A stretch of DNA of 64,000 bases from an uncultured delta proteobacterium (GTDB lineage Bacteria > Myxococcota_A > Polyangia > Polyangiales > Polyangiaceae): contig CAWAIF010000003.1 in assembly GCA_963782055.1 (NCBI GenBank), positions 1,504,001-1,568,000 of the forward strand. Direction: 5' to 3'. Position numbers and translations under genes: made by a program. Shown here piece after piece: positions 48,061-57,244 of this stretch. The notes under the pieces are model-generated. The model worked only from the letters and a program-made list of their open reading frames with translations, searched no databases and was not told the DNA's origin. Each line of letters starts with the position of its first letter. The stretch's first letter is position 1.

Positions 48061-49882
48061 TCAGGCTTCGTCCTCGGCGGGGACGATTTGCCGGAGCTGC
48101 CAGGCCTGGATGCGCAGCCGCTCCTCCGCCGCGTGGAGGCGGTCGCGCAAGCGTGTGAGATACACGCATACCGCCACGATGGGGATGAGGGTCACCGCCA
48201 GCAGGTACACGACCGTCGGCACCTCCGGGAAGGCCACGGCCTGCGCGCGGATGCAGAGGCGGTCCGGGCCGAAGTCGTAGGACGCCGGGAAGATGCCCGC
48301 CCACTCGAGGAGCAGGGGTACGACGACGGACGCGGTGCCCGCGCCGACCGTCGCGCGTAGCGGCAGCACACGCGGGAAGAGGGCCATGCCCACCGCGAGG
48401 CCGAGTGCCATCGGCGGGACCACCATGAAGGGGCCGGCGATGCGCGACGCCGCGACCAGGCCGAGCACGCCCCACATCGCGACGACGAAGGGGCGGAGTC
48501 CGGCGAGCTTGACCCTGTGGGAGAGCGCGACGCCGGCGCCGGCGAGCCCGCCGCACGCGAAGACGGAGGCGACCCAGAAGACGCTGCGGACACCCATCCA
48601 GAAGAGCAGCAGCAGCGGCACCATGGACGTGAGGAAGGCCAGCGCGGCGTAGCGGCGCGCGGCGCGGACGTCCAGCTCACGGTGCTCCAAGAATCTGGGT
48701 GGTGACCTCCGGCGGCGGAGTCTTCGGCGGCTCGGTCAGCAGGCGCACCATCGCGCGCATCGCCTCGGCGTTGCGAGGGTCGAGGGCGAGGGCCCGGCCG
48801 ACCTCGCGCATCGCGTCGGCGCGTGCCTTGTGATCGCCCTCCGCGACGGCGGCGAGGGCGAGCGCCTCGGCGGCGCGCGCGTGCTCGGCGCTCCGCGTGC
48901 GGCGTCGCTCCAGGTCGCGATCACCCTCCAGGAATCGCTCGATCGCGTCGTGCATGGCGCGCGCGCTCTGGAAGCGGTCGGCCGGGTCGCTGCGGGTGGC
49001 GCGCACGCAGATCTCCTCCAGCTCCACGGGGACGTCGCGCTCCGGGGCGCGCACGGTCACGCGGGCGTCGGCGCCGGTGAGGGCGGACTGGAGCGCGGCG
49101 GCCACGGTGTGCACTTCGTGGAGGGGCACGCCGGCGAGCAGCTCGAAGAGGCACGCGCCCAGGGCGTAGATGTCGGTGCGGGCGTCGACGTCTTCTCCGC
49201 GCACTTGCTCCGGTGCCATGTAGCCGGGCGTGCCGAGCAGGGCGCCGACGGTGGTGGCGGCGCCCTCGTCCGGCCCGGAGCGCGAGGTGCCGGAGGGGCC
49301 GATGTCGTCGTGGTCCACCAGCTTGGCCAGGCCCCAGTCCAGGACGTAGACCTCGCCGTAGTCGCCGATCATCAGGTTGGGGAGCTTGATGTCGCGGTGA
49401 ACGACGCCGTGCGCGTGGGCGAAGTCCACCGCCAGGCAGATGCGGCTCATCGCGGTGAGCACGGCGTGGCGGGAGAGCGTCTCCCCGTGCTGGCCAATCT
49501 CGTCGAGGCAGCGGCCGCGCACGCGCTGCATGGTGAAGTAGAGGCGCCCGTCGGGCGTGGTGCCAAGGTCGTAGACGGGCACGATGGAGGGGTGCGCGAG
49601 CTGGCCTTGCACGCGCGCCTCGCGCAGGAAGCGGCGGCGCGCGCCGGCGTCGACCTCCAGCGCCTTGCGAACGGACTTCATCGCGACGTCGCGTCCGATG
49701 ACCTGATCGCGCGTGAGCACGACCTCGCCCATGCCGCCCTCGCCGAGCGACGAGATGGGCGCGTAGCGCGTGCCGGTGTCGACGGAGGAGAGCAGCTCCG
49801 GCGCGGCGCGATCGGGCGAGACGCGATCCATGGGGGTCAGCAGGGTGGGGGCGAGGGGGGCGCCGTCCTTGCGTTGAGGCAT
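48061..49882 (-). pseudogene. Ser/Thr protein kinase with C-terminal multi-TM domain, split by a +1 frameshift near 48690
   Basis: GEGGMG, VAMK, HRDIK, DWG, GTPGYMAPE; CAG ATT C TTG GAG joins in frame to the TM ORF if one base is removed. Confidence 0.8.
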
Positions 49883-50219
49883 GGCCGTATCATGGGGGGA
49901 GGTGCGGCGCGCGCATAGAGGCCGTCGCGCCCGGCGCGGCGGCGACGAAGCCGTCGACTGGAGAAGCGCGTTGCGCTGCGCCGCAGCCGGCCTCGCGGGG
50001 GTGCGTTGCCCAGCACGCCGCGGCGGCCGTGGGCGCTGGAGCGCGCGGGAGGCGGTGCGGCTGGTGGACGAGGCGCTACGTCACGTCGTGGGCGAGGAGA
50101 TCACGCGGGTGGGGTCGCGTCCCCGCTGACGGGAGGGCGTGGTCGACCGCGAGCACGCTTGCGGTCCTGCGTGGGGCGCGGGAGGTCCGCGGCCCCCTGG
50201 GAGGGCGCGCCGGTCGGCA

Positions 50220-51338
50220 TCACGCGTCGTCGAGGGCGCCGAGCAGCCGCTCCACACGGAGCATGGCGCGCATGTCGCCCTTGCGGTGTGCGTGGTCCAT
50301 CGCGGCGAAGAGGTGCGACTGCTCCCATGCCAGCCGCGCGGGGTCCTTCTCCAGGAGGGTGACGTAGTGCTCGAAGAGGCGCTCCGGCGCCGCGCGCGTG
50401 CGCTTCGCCACGGCGTAGCGCACGACGGCATGGAGGGCGAAGCGCCCATCCATCGGCTCCTGCACCAGGTGCCACGCGACGAGGGGGGCGAGGGCGCGCT
50501 CCAGCGCACCGCGCACCCGGGCGAGGTGGGCGAGGGACGCGCGGTCGACGTGATCGCCCTCGACGTGGGCGAGTACGCCCAGCATGCGGCGGCTCTGCGG
50601 GGTGAGGCGGCGCCAGGCCCAGTCGACCAGGAGCGCGACCTCCGGCAAGTCGTCCTCGTGGTCGATGACGCGGACGCGCTGCACGCCGTTGGCCTGGAGA
50701 TGCGTGGCCAGCTCGGCCGGCGTGGCCGCGCGTGTCCCGACGATGGCGTCGGCGATGTCGAGGGCGAGGGGGTTCCACCGCAGCAGGCGCGTGAGCGCGG
50801 CGACGCGCGGGAAGGCGGCGCGGCCGGAGGTGACCAGCGGCGCGGTGACCGGAAAGACGAAGACCCCGGCGAGCAGGCACCGGCGCGCGGTGACGACGAA
50901 GGTCGTCGGGGTCTGGGCGAGGGCGTCGAGCAGCGCCGCGGTGGAGCGATCGTCCTCGTGGTTGTCCAGCACGACGAGGTGCTCCGCCCGGCCGAGGAAG
51001 GCACGCAGCCCGGGCAGCAGGGCGTGACGCTCGCGCGGGGTACCGAAGCGCAGCGCGAGCATCTCGCCCAGCGTGCGGAAGTCCCACGCGCCGACGCGAA
51101 ACCAGTGGATGCGCCGGCCGAAGCGCCTGGCCAGCCGGTGGCCGAGCGCCGCGGCGAGCATGGACTTGCCGCTGCCGCCCGACCCGACCAGGGCGAGGCG
51201 CGCGGGCGCGGTGCTCTGCACGATGCGGGCGAGCGTGGCGAGCTCGGAGGCGCGGCCGCGCATGCCACGGGGAGGGGGAGGGAAGCCCCCGCGCCGAGCG
51301 GTGTCGAGAGAGTCCGGGGTGCGCAAGAGCGCCACCAT
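50220..51338 (-). CDS. Stand-alone NB-ARC/STAND-type ATPase
   Basis: GR..EL, GSGGSGKS, LVVLDN, VTAR, NPLAL (GLPL), LHAVVR (MHD-like). Confidence 0.78.
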   Translation of the reverse strand: MVALLRTPDSLDTARRGGFPPPPRGMRGRASELATLARIVQSTAPARLALVGSGGSGKSMLAAALGHRLARRFGRRIHWFRVGAWDFRTLGEMLALRFGTPRERHALLPGLRAFLGRAEHLVVLDNHEDDRSTAALLDALAQTPTTFVVTARRCLLAGVFVFPVTAPLVTSGRAAFPRVAALTRLLRWNPLALDIADAIVGTRAATPAELATHLQANGVQRVRVIDHEDDLPEVALLVDWAWRRLTPQSRRMLGVLAHVEGDHVDRASLAHLARVRGALERALAPLVAWHLVQEPMDGRFALHAVVRYAVAKRTRAAPERLFEHYVTLLEKDPARLAWEQSHLFAAMDHAHRKGDMRAMLRVERLLGALDDA

Positions 51339-51398
51339 ACACGACGCGGCGCGCCCCGAAAGTTGGCCGCGGCGCGCGGGGCGTCGGACGATCCGTGC

Positions 51399-51725
51399 AT
51401 GAAGCTCGAAGCCGATCGCCGCATAGCCCGAAGCTCGCGCCCCGCCGAGGCGCTCGCCCTGCTCCTCGAGCACGCGAGCCGCAAGCTGGGCATCCGCGCG
51501 CTCACCCTGAGCACCACGGAGGGGCAGCTGATCCTCGGGGTGGGCGAGGGACTGGAAGAGGTGGCGGAGGCGGGGGCGCGCGTCGACACGGGCGCGCCCG
51601 TGGATGCGCGTGTGGCGACGTGGCGGCTGCGCGTCGGAACGGCCGAGATGCTGCTCACCTCCCTCGGCGGCGCGATGGACCCGGGCCTGGGCGCCGGCGT
51701 CCGGCGGATCCTCTCGACGAGCTGA
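51399..51725 (+). CDS. Small roadblock/LC7-like protein
   Basis: RR.RS....AL...L.......I.AL.L....G..I.G.G...EEVA; ends G.RRIL. Confidence 0.65.
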   Translation: MKLEADRRIARSSRPAEALALLLEHASRKLGIRALTLSTTEGQLILGVGEGLEEVAEAGARVDTGAPVDARVATWRLRVGTAEMLLTSLGGAMDPGLGAGVRRILSTS

Positions 51726-51774
51726 CCCCCCGTCGGGTGGCCTGAACGTCGCCGGGCGCCGTCGGGGGACCGGA

Positions 51775-52371
51775 TCATGCCGGGGGCGCGGCGAGCTGGT
51801 ACGCGCGATCGATCTGGCGCCGGTGGTGGTCCCGGCGGGCCCGAGCGCGGCGCATGCGGTCCTGCTCCCTCCGCACCCAGAACCCGTACTCGGTGAGCCT
51901 GTCGAGCGTGGCCTCGTCGCCGAACCCGACGCGAATGCGCATGCAGAGCGCCTCGAGGTGTCTGCGCGCGCTGGCGCAGGCGCGCGCGGCGGGCCAGCGG
52001 CGCTCACCCGGCGCAAGCGCGCCGTCGAGCGCCAGCCCCACGTGCCCGACGAGCACCAGCCCGTAGAACGCCCGGCGCACCCGGCGACGCCCCTCCGCCG
52101 TGAGCGCGACGATGCAATCGCGCCCATCGCGCCGCCGCGTGACGAGCCCGAGCTGCTCGAGCGAGATCATCATGCGGCTGATGGTGGAGCGCGCCACGCC
52201 CAGCCCGCGCCGCAGGTTGCTCTGCAGGTGAACGCACCGCGTCCCGAGCCGGTAGAGCGCATCGAGCAGGTCGAACCGCGCCGCGGTGAGCCCCATCGCC
52301 CGGAGCGCCCGCCGCGTCAGCTTGAGCGTCGCGTAGTAGGCCCGCTTGATCGAGAAGAACACAGGATCCAT
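51775..52371 (-). CDS. MarR-family winged-helix regulator
   Basis: GLT.ARFDLL..L, Q..L...LGV.RSTISRM...LE..GLV.R, ALT.EGR. Confidence 0.85.
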   Translation of the reverse strand: MDPVFFSIKRAYYATLKLTRRALRAMGLTAARFDLLDALYRLGTRCVHLQSNLRRGLGVARSTISRMMISLEQLGLVTRRRDGRDCIVALTAEGRRRVRRAFYGLVLVGHVGLALDGALAPGERRWPAARACASARRHLEALCMRIRVGFGDEATLDRLTEYGFWVRREQDRMRRARARRDHHRRQIDRAYQLAAPPA

Positions 52372-52426
52372 CCCCACCCCCAAAGCACCCCCCATGCCAC
52401 CCCCCCCTCTCCGCAGATTCCCGCTG

Positions 52427-52464
52427 AAACGTCGGATTGTCAGCGTGCTAGCACTGCGACGTTT
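52427..52464. promoter_or_regulatory. Nested palindrome upstream of marR (candidate operator)
   Basis: aaacgtcg (52427-34) / cgacgttt (52457-64) around gtgctagcac (52445-54). Confidence 0.45.
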
Positions 52465-52659
52465 GGTGTCCGGGGACAGGGGAGGGGGACAGGGGGTCGG
52501 GGCTTCGGTGGTTGAGCTGGCGGGGGGGAGCGGCTGCCGGCGGGTTGTTGGCGGCAGCGTGTGGCTTTGCTGGGCTACGTGGCCAGCTTGCGGTGAGGAT
52601 GGGGTGCACGCCCGTGACGGGGCGCGTTGGCGCGGGCGCCAGCGGCACGTGGTTGGACT

Positions 52660-53736
52660 ATGCTCCACGCCGTGCGTCCGTCCCACGTCCTGGCGACCGT
52701 CCTCGTGCTGGCCACCACGCTCGGGGGTGGGGCGCTGGAGTGCAGCACCCGCGCGCAGGTCCGCGCGCAGCGCGGCGAGCGGATCTACGGGAAGATGTGC
52801 GCCGTCTGCCACGGCGCGGCGGGGGAGGGTTACAAGGCGGACAACGCGCCGGCGCTCGGGCACCCGAGCTTCCTCGCGTCGGTCAGCGACGACTTCCTGC
52901 GCGACACCATCACCGACGGGCGCGGAGCCACCACCATGTCCGCGTGGGGCGCCGAGCATGGCGGACCGCTCCAGCCAGACCAGGTCGACGCGCTCGTCAC
53001 CTTCCTCCACACCTGGGAGATGATGCCGCGCGCCAACCTGGACGAGCGCCCGCTCGCCGGGGACTCAAGCCGCGGCGCCGGCATCTTTGCGCGGGAGTGT
53101 ACGCGCTGCCACGGCATCCGCGGCCGCGGCGGGCCGAACGTCAGCGTCGGCCACCCGCAGCTCCTCGCGCACGCCTCCAACGGCTTCCTGCGCTACGCCA
53201 TCCGGCACGGCCGACCAGGCACCGCGATGCCTGCCTTCGGCGACAAGCTGGGCGACAGGGGCATCGACGACGTCATCGCCGCCCTCCGAGGCTGGCGTGC
53301 CGCGGACCTGCCGCGCTTCCGCCCGCCGCCGTCGCGCTCGCCGCCGCTCCCGCTCGGCCCCGTGCCCCTCAACCCCGACGGGCCGGAGCCCGTGGGCTTC
53401 CGCAAGTCGCCGCTCACCACGCCGGCGGAGTTGATCAAGGGCCAGCTCGATCGCGGCGCGCGCATGGCGCTGCTGGATGCGCGCGCGCCCTCCGATTACA
53501 CCCGCCAGCACATCGCCGGCGCCGTGAGCGTCCCCTTCTACGATCCCGACCCGTACGTTCCGCTGCTCCCGAAGGACGCCTGGCTGGTCTGCTACTGCTC
53601 CTGCCCGCACGCCGAGTCGGGGCAGCTTGCCGCGAAACTCCGCGCCAAGGGGTTCACGAAGGTCACGGTCCTCGACGAGGGCCTAGGATTCTGGAACCGG
53701 CAGGGCTACCCGACGCACACTGGCGCCGACCCTTGA
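52660..53736 (+). CDS. Di-heme cytochrome c fused to rhodanese domain
   Basis: Signal peptide; CAVCH and CTRCH, each with downstream Met (T.MS/TAMP); LDAR....Y...HI.GA, YCSCPH, LDEG..W. Confidence 0.88.
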   Translation: MLHAVRPSHVLATVLVLATTLGGGALECSTRAQVRAQRGERIYGKMCAVCHGAAGEGYKADNAPALGHPSFLASVSDDFLRDTITDGRGATTMSAWGAEHGGPLQPDQVDALVTFLHTWEMMPRANLDERPLAGDSSRGAGIFARECTRCHGIRGRGGPNVSVGHPQLLAHASNGFLRYAIRHGRPGTAMPAFGDKLGDRGIDDVIAALRGWRAADLPRFRPPPSRSPPLPLGPVPLNPDGPEPVGFRKSPLTTPAELIKGQLDRGARMALLDARAPSDYTRQHIAGAVSVPFYDPDPYVPLLPKDAWLVCYCSCPHAESGQLAAKLRAKGFTKVTVLDEGLGFWNRQGYPTHTGADP

Positions 53737-53822
53737 CCCGGACGCGCCGCGTCTCACCTCGCTAGCGAGAGGGCGCTCGTGATAAGGTCAGCCACTTATA
53801 CCCTACGCAACGAGGGAGACAG

Positions 53823-55169
53823 ATGCGGTCGATGGCACGCTGGGGAACTGTGTTGGTCGGGGCGGGGCTGCTCGGCGGCGGCGCGCTGCTGAACTGTGTC
53901 GGCGATTCGCCGGTCGGGCCGGGCCTCGACGCCGGCACGGACGTCACGACCCCCGCCGACGCCTCCGGCACCGACTCCGGCGGCGGGGACGCCGGGGGCT
54001 GCTCGGCGCGCGCGGTCGACGACGCGAAGGGCATCTACGTGAGCATCAACGGGGCGGACTCGCCGACGTGCGGCGCGCGCACCGCGCCCTGCCAGACGAT
54101 CCAGAGCGGCGTGAACCAGGCCAAGCTGCTCGGGCGCTCCACCGTGTACATCGCCCGCGGCACCTTCAAGGAGTCGGTGACCATGGCCCCCGGCGTCACC
54201 CTCGAGGGCGGCTGGGACACACTCAGCGCGCAGTGGGTGCCCATCTGCGGGAGCGACGAGATCAGCGCGGTGAAGATCGTGATGCCCGACGCAGAGAGCA
54301 AGGTCATCACCGCCGACTTCAAGGGCGCCACGGGCTTGCGCCTGCTCAGCGTGCTCGGCAAGGCCACCGTCGCGCCGGGCGAGTCGGTCTACGGCGTGCT
54401 CGCCCACGACGCCACGGTGACCCTCGACTCGGTCGTGGTGAACGTCGGTGACGCTGGCGCGGGCAGTGACGCCGACGCCGGGGCGACGGGCGCCAGCGGC
54501 GGCGTCAAGTGCGCGGAGAGCACCGGCGCCGCGGGTAAGGCCGCGAAGGACGGCACCGGCGCCCCCGCCGGCACCTTCGGCGCGAACGGCTACGTCCTCT
54601 CCGACGGGACGGCGGGCGCCTCCGACGGCGGGACCGGCACCGCAGGCGCGTGCAACATCACCCCGAGCTGCTTCACCGTTTGCAACACCTGCACCAAGGA
54701 CTGCGTCAAGGACCTCGCCGGGTGCGGCGGTGGCCCGGGCAGCGGGGGTGGCGGCGGCACCGGCGGCGGGAGCAGCATCGCGGTCTACGGATGGAACGCC
54801 ACCTTCACCCTCGTGGGCGGGTCCTACACCGCGGGCAATGGCGGCAACGGCGGCAACGGCGGCGCCGGCGGCCCCGGCGGCACCGGCGGCGCCGGCAGCA
54901 ACGAGCAGGAGCTCTGTCTCTCCTCGTGCGACCAGAACGGCTGCGCGTCGGTGGGCGATCAGACCCTCGCCGCGGGCAACACGGGCGGCGCAGGCGGCCC
55001 AGGCGGCGCGGGCGGTGGCGGTGCGGGCGGCTTCTCCTACGCCGTCTTCAACGGCGGCGACGCTGGCGCCGTCACCACCCAGAACGCCCCCACGTTCGTC
55101 CACGGCACCGCCGGCACCGGCGGCTCTCTCGGCGGCGCGACCGGCCTCGCGGGCGACAAGGGGCCCTGA
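53823..55169 (+). CDS. DUF1565-like, Gly-rich (PGRS-like) lipoprotein
   Basis: Lipobox LLNC; YVS.NG.D...CG....PC.TI; GG.GG.G repeats. Confidence 0.8.
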   Translation: MRSMARWGTVLVGAGLLGGGALLNCVGDSPVGPGLDAGTDVTTPADASGTDSGGGDAGGCSARAVDDAKGIYVSINGADSPTCGARTAPCQTIQSGVNQAKLLGRSTVYIARGTFKESVTMAPGVTLEGGWDTLSAQWVPICGSDEISAVKIVMPDAESKVITADFKGATGLRLLSVLGKATVAPGESVYGVLAHDATVTLDSVVVNVGDAGAGSDADAGATGASGGVKCAESTGAAGKAAKDGTGAPAGTFGANGYVLSDGTAGASDGGTGTAGACNITPSCFTVCNTCTKDCVKDLAGCGGGPGSGGGGGTGGGSSIAVYGWNATFTLVGGSYTAGNGGNGGNGGAGGPGGTGGAGSNEQELCLSSCDQNGCASVGDQTLAAGNTGGAGGPGGAGGGGAGGFSYAVFNGGDAGAVTTQNAPTFVHGTAGTGGSLGGATGLAGDKGP

Positions 55170-55186
55170 TGCTCGGCCCCCCGCGC

Positions 55187-56449
55187 TCACTCGCTCCCTG
55201 ACGACACTCCGCCGCGCCGCGCGCGCACCAGCCGCTCGGCGATGACGACGTGGCGGCGCCACTGGCCGTACATCGCGCCCTCCGACTCCAGCCGCGCCAT
55301 GCCCAGCGCCGTCGCCTCGTCGATGGGGGTCGGCACCGCGTCACGCAGCGGCGTGCCGGGCAGCGGCATGAAGGCGTGGCTGTGGATGCGCGCGCCCATC
55401 GCCACCAGTCTGTCGGCCAGGGCGAACGTCGCGGCGCGGTCCGCCTCCGTCTCGCCGGGCAACCCGAAGAGGAAGTCCACGTCGGCGCGGAAGCCCATCG
55501 CGCGGCATGTCTCCACCGCGCGCACCACCTCCGCCACGCCGTGGCCGCGCCGGGTGGCCTCCAGGAGCCGGTCCGACCCGCTCTGTGCGCCGACGATGAG
55601 CGAGCGGTTGTCCGCCCACCGCGCCAGCACCTCCAGCGCCTCCCGCGTCAGGTGCTCCGGCCGCACCTCCGAGGGGAACGTGCCGAAGTAGATGGCGCCG
55701 TCCTCGCCCAGCTCCTCGCGCACCGCGCGCAGCAGCGCCTCCACCGCGGCGAGGTTGGGCTCGGTCCCCTCCGACCCGTACGAGAGCGACGTGGGGGTGA
55801 CGAAGCGCATGAAGCGGGCGCCCTGCGCGTGCATGCGCGCGACCTCCCCGCGCGCGTTCTCCACGCTGCGGTGGCGAAAGCGCGCCTTGAACACGTATGG
55901 AGTCTGGCAGAAGGCGCACGCGTAGACGCACCCGCGCGTCAGCTCGATGGGGTTCCACTTGCCGAAGCGCTCGTTGAACGAGGGGAATGCGTCCAGCGGC
56001 GCGCGAGGGCCCGGTCCATGCGAAACCAGGCGATCCCGCTCCAGGTAGGCGAAGCCGGCGAGACCGTGCGCGTCGCCGCCGCGCGCCACGAGCTCGACGA
56101 TCGACGTCTCTCCCTCGCCGAGGGCCACCACGTCGAAGCTGGCCCGCAGCGTCGCGAGCGGCTCCGCCGTCGCGTGCACCCCACCCGCCACGTGCACCCC
56201 GCGCGAGGTGCGCGCGCGTACCCGGGCGAGGTCGGCGGCGGAGGTCTCGAAGTCCGGCGAGTAGAAGGACCAGAGGACGAGCACCGGCCCTGCCGCGGTG
56301 TCGATGGCGTCCACGAGCTCGTCCACGCCGCCGGCGAAGACGACGTCCGCGCCGGCGGTGCGCGCGTCGGCGTCCAGCGCCGCCGTCACCACGTTGAGCG
56401 CCGCGCGTCCGCTCCGCGCGTGGTGCGCGACGACGCGCGGACGGGTCAC
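55187..56449 (-). CDS. B12-binding-domain radical SAM protein (TIGR04013-like)
   Basis: GGVHAT..P, GEGE, IELTRGCVYACAFCQ, FPSEVRPE, GAQSGS, FMPLPGTP; GTG start overlaps the upstream stop. Confidence 0.88.
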   Translation of the reverse strand: MTRPRVVAHHARSGRAALNVVTAALDADARTAGADVVFAGGVDELVDAIDTAAGPVLVLWSFYSPDFETSAADLARVRARTSRGVHVAGGVHATAEPLATLRASFDVVALGEGETSIVELVARGGDAHGLAGFAYLERDRLVSHGPGPRAPLDAFPSFNERFGKWNPIELTRGCVYACAFCQTPYVFKARFRHRSVENARGEVARMHAQGARFMRFVTPTSLSYGSEGTEPNLAAVEALLRAVREELGEDGAIYFGTFPSEVRPEHLTREALEVLARWADNRSLIVGAQSGSDRLLEATRRGHGVAEVVRAVETCRAMGFRADVDFLFGLPGETEADRAATFALADRLVAMGARIHSHAFMPLPGTPLRDAVPTPIDEATALGMARLESEGAMYGQWRRHVVIAERLVRARRGGVSSGSE

Positions 56450-57129
56450 TCGAAGCCTTGCGTGATGGCGGCGGGCCGGGCGTGCTCCGCCGCCGACGCC
56501 TGCACCGCCGCCCCCGCCGCCGCGAGCATCCCCACCGCCGCGATCCCGATGCTCAGCCGCCGGATCCTGTGGCGGCGGCGCGTGCCCCAGGGGCAGTCGT
56601 CGGTGAGCACCGTGCCGTCGGTGCGGCGATAGAAGCGCACGCACACGTCGCCGCGCGCCTTGCTCTCCAGCAAGGCCTCCGCCTGCTCGGCCGTCATCGC
56701 GGTCAGGTCGTGGACGTTCTTCTTGCACATGGCGCAGAAGCGGGTGCTGTCAGTCCCGGACATCTCGCTCCAGAGCGCGGGGCACGGCGCGGCGACGTGC
56801 AGCGTGGCGAGGTGCGGGAGCTGTCGTCGCACGCCGAGGCTCTCGATCTGCCGGCGCACCGACTCGATCTCGCGCATCACCGCGTCCTCGCGGCCGCGCG
56901 GAGGCTCGACCGCCTCCCGCGCGCGCCGCGCCTGCGCGATGTCCCGCTCGAGCGAATCCGGCGCGCGGTACGGGGCGACGGTGCCGCGGTGGGCGTCGCG
57001 CGACCCTTCCAGCCGGCGTTCCTCGCTGCGCAGCTCGCGCGCCTTCTCGGTCCCCCGCCGGATCTCCTCGAGCGAGGCCTGCAGTGCGTCCTCGCGCGTC
57101 CTCAGCCCACCGAGCGTGCGATGGTTCAT
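56446..57129 (-). CDS. Coiled-coil plus Cys-cluster membrane-anchored protein
   Basis: PC...W..M.G....RFC..C.KNVHDL..M...EA..LL.....CVR.YRR.DGT..T.DCP followed by a TM helix. Confidence 0.75.
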   Translation of the reverse strand: MNHRTLGGLRTREDALQASLEEIRRGTEKARELRSEERRLEGSRDAHRGTVAPYRAPDSLERDIAQARRAREAVEPPRGREDAVMREIESVRRQIESLGVRRQLPHLATLHVAAPCPALWSEMSGTDSTRFCAMCKKNVHDLTAMTAEQAEALLESKARGDVCVRFYRRTDGTVLTDDCPWGTRRRHRIRRLSIGIAAVGMLAAAGAAVQASAAEHARPAAITQGFE

Positions 57130-57244
57130 GCCATGAGGATCCCACCAGTCGCGCCCGTTGGCCAGCCTCGGAGGGCTTGCCATCTTCTCGTCCGGTCGCG
57201 CGAACCTGACCGCCTGGCAGGCGCCTCGGCTCTCCCGCGGGTGG

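Noticed and set aside
23868..48695. Programmed ribosomal frameshifting at pcm and the kinase
   Set aside because: No slippery sequence or stimulatory structure; assembly error or recent mutation is simpler.
49883..50219. Short ORFs in the kinase/NB-ARC gap
   Set aside because: No motif, RBS or convincing codon bias; at most an unidentifiable remnant.
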